From assembly GCA_048128005.1 (NCBI GenBank), contig JBEUKZ010000068.1, positions 186,001-250,000 on the forward strand: a DNA stretch of 64,000 nt, read 5' to 3'. Origin of the DNA: Veleropilina oligotropha. Its lineage: Eukaryota. Every line of letters starts with the position of its first letter. Position 1 is the stretch's first letter. Below the pieces are notes generated by a model, which was not told the DNA's origin, ran no database searches, and worked only from the letters and a program-made list of their open reading frames with translations. The translations under genes were made by a program, and so were the position numbers. Shown here in pieces: positions 62,949-64,000 of this stretch.

Positions 62949-64000
62949 TATTCAAAGAAGCTGCCGTTATAATGTATTGATTACCGACGCGTTCAAGTAT
63001 ATTGCAGATCAAGAGGGATTATTCTCCATTAAAAGATTAGTGATAGACTACATGCCGACTAATTGTTAACCTTTATCTGTGGCTGATTTAGGGGGGGGGT
63101 CTATTTTCGACAGAGTGCCCCTTTTCTCGACTGAGTGCCCCCGTCTTTGTAAATAAATGCCGTTTATGAGGGTTGTATTTTAAAAATATTTCACGTCAGG
63201 GTGCAAGAAAAGCCATTTCGCAATGTCAATTAAAGTGGCATTACCAACGAGGATGTTACAGCCACTACAAATATATTGATATCATCGATATCAGTATATA
63301 CTAGCGAAATGCATACAGTTATGAATTAGACTAACGGTAGTCGAACGAATTTTGTGAAGTGTTACGTATATCGGTAGATATTCGGGTTCAAAAAACGACT
63401 AAAATAATAAAATAAATGTATACTTATTGAACGAGGTGCAGACGATTTCTTCGGCGGGTAATCGGAAATCACACAAAATCTATTTATAACTATCAACAGT
63501 TCGCCTACACTTGCGGATCACGAGTCGGTAGCGAAGAGACAAAATGTCTTCCAGTTCGGTAAGTTGCAGATTTCATTGTTTTTTTATTATTTCTGATAAT
63601 ATTAATAAATATTAGAAATATCAAGATATAATATTATACAACAATGATCAACTAGCGACAGTGCATACATGTTATAAAGAAGAGCTGACGAGAGGCTAGG
63701 CTTACTTCCATAAATCGACTTGCCAGCTTACAATTACAATCGTAACAACGTGAATATAGGCCTATACTATAGGCTATCACCTATACGAATTATCCCGAGG
63801 CAACCTCGGCGAAATTCCGGAGTAGTTCGTTTTTCTTAAAAGACCTGTCAGGTCTTTTAAGAAAAATGAATTTTTAACAAATATATTAAAATATAAATCG
63901 TGCATAAAATTGAATCAACAACTTATTAAATTTCATGATTCAAGTCCTTTGACAGGCACATGGCCGTTTTTTTGCTCAATTTGATGATAAAATTGGTTAC

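Overview
Repeat-rich, AT-rich eukaryotic (animal, probably marine invertebrate) DNA. The main feature is a complete ~16.4-kb GC-richer endogenous Polinton/Maverick-like virus (35413-51814) inserted into a host satellite. It has terminal inverted repeats starting AGCAGC, a 5-bp ATTCC target-site duplication, an rve integrase, putative major and minor capsid proteins, a packaging ATPase and several membrane proteins. Its replication gene is a 1291-aa fusion of a divergent protein-primed PolB-like domain, an SF1 helicase and an HNH-like domain. The capsid gene is split by a tRNA-derived SINE and runs in frame into the ATPase. No adenain-like protease is recognisable, and a small secreted Cys-rich ORF may be cargo. 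The host part holds the last two exons of a GAD/CSAD-family decarboxylase gene, several satellites (63, 47, 25, ~183, ~205-220 and 29 bp units), and remnants of LINEs, SINEs, Harbinger, Academ-like, Tc1-like, Helitron and MITE elements. A Penelope-like remnant carries a minimal hammerhead ribozyme. All protein calls come from motifs read by eye; no database searches were run.
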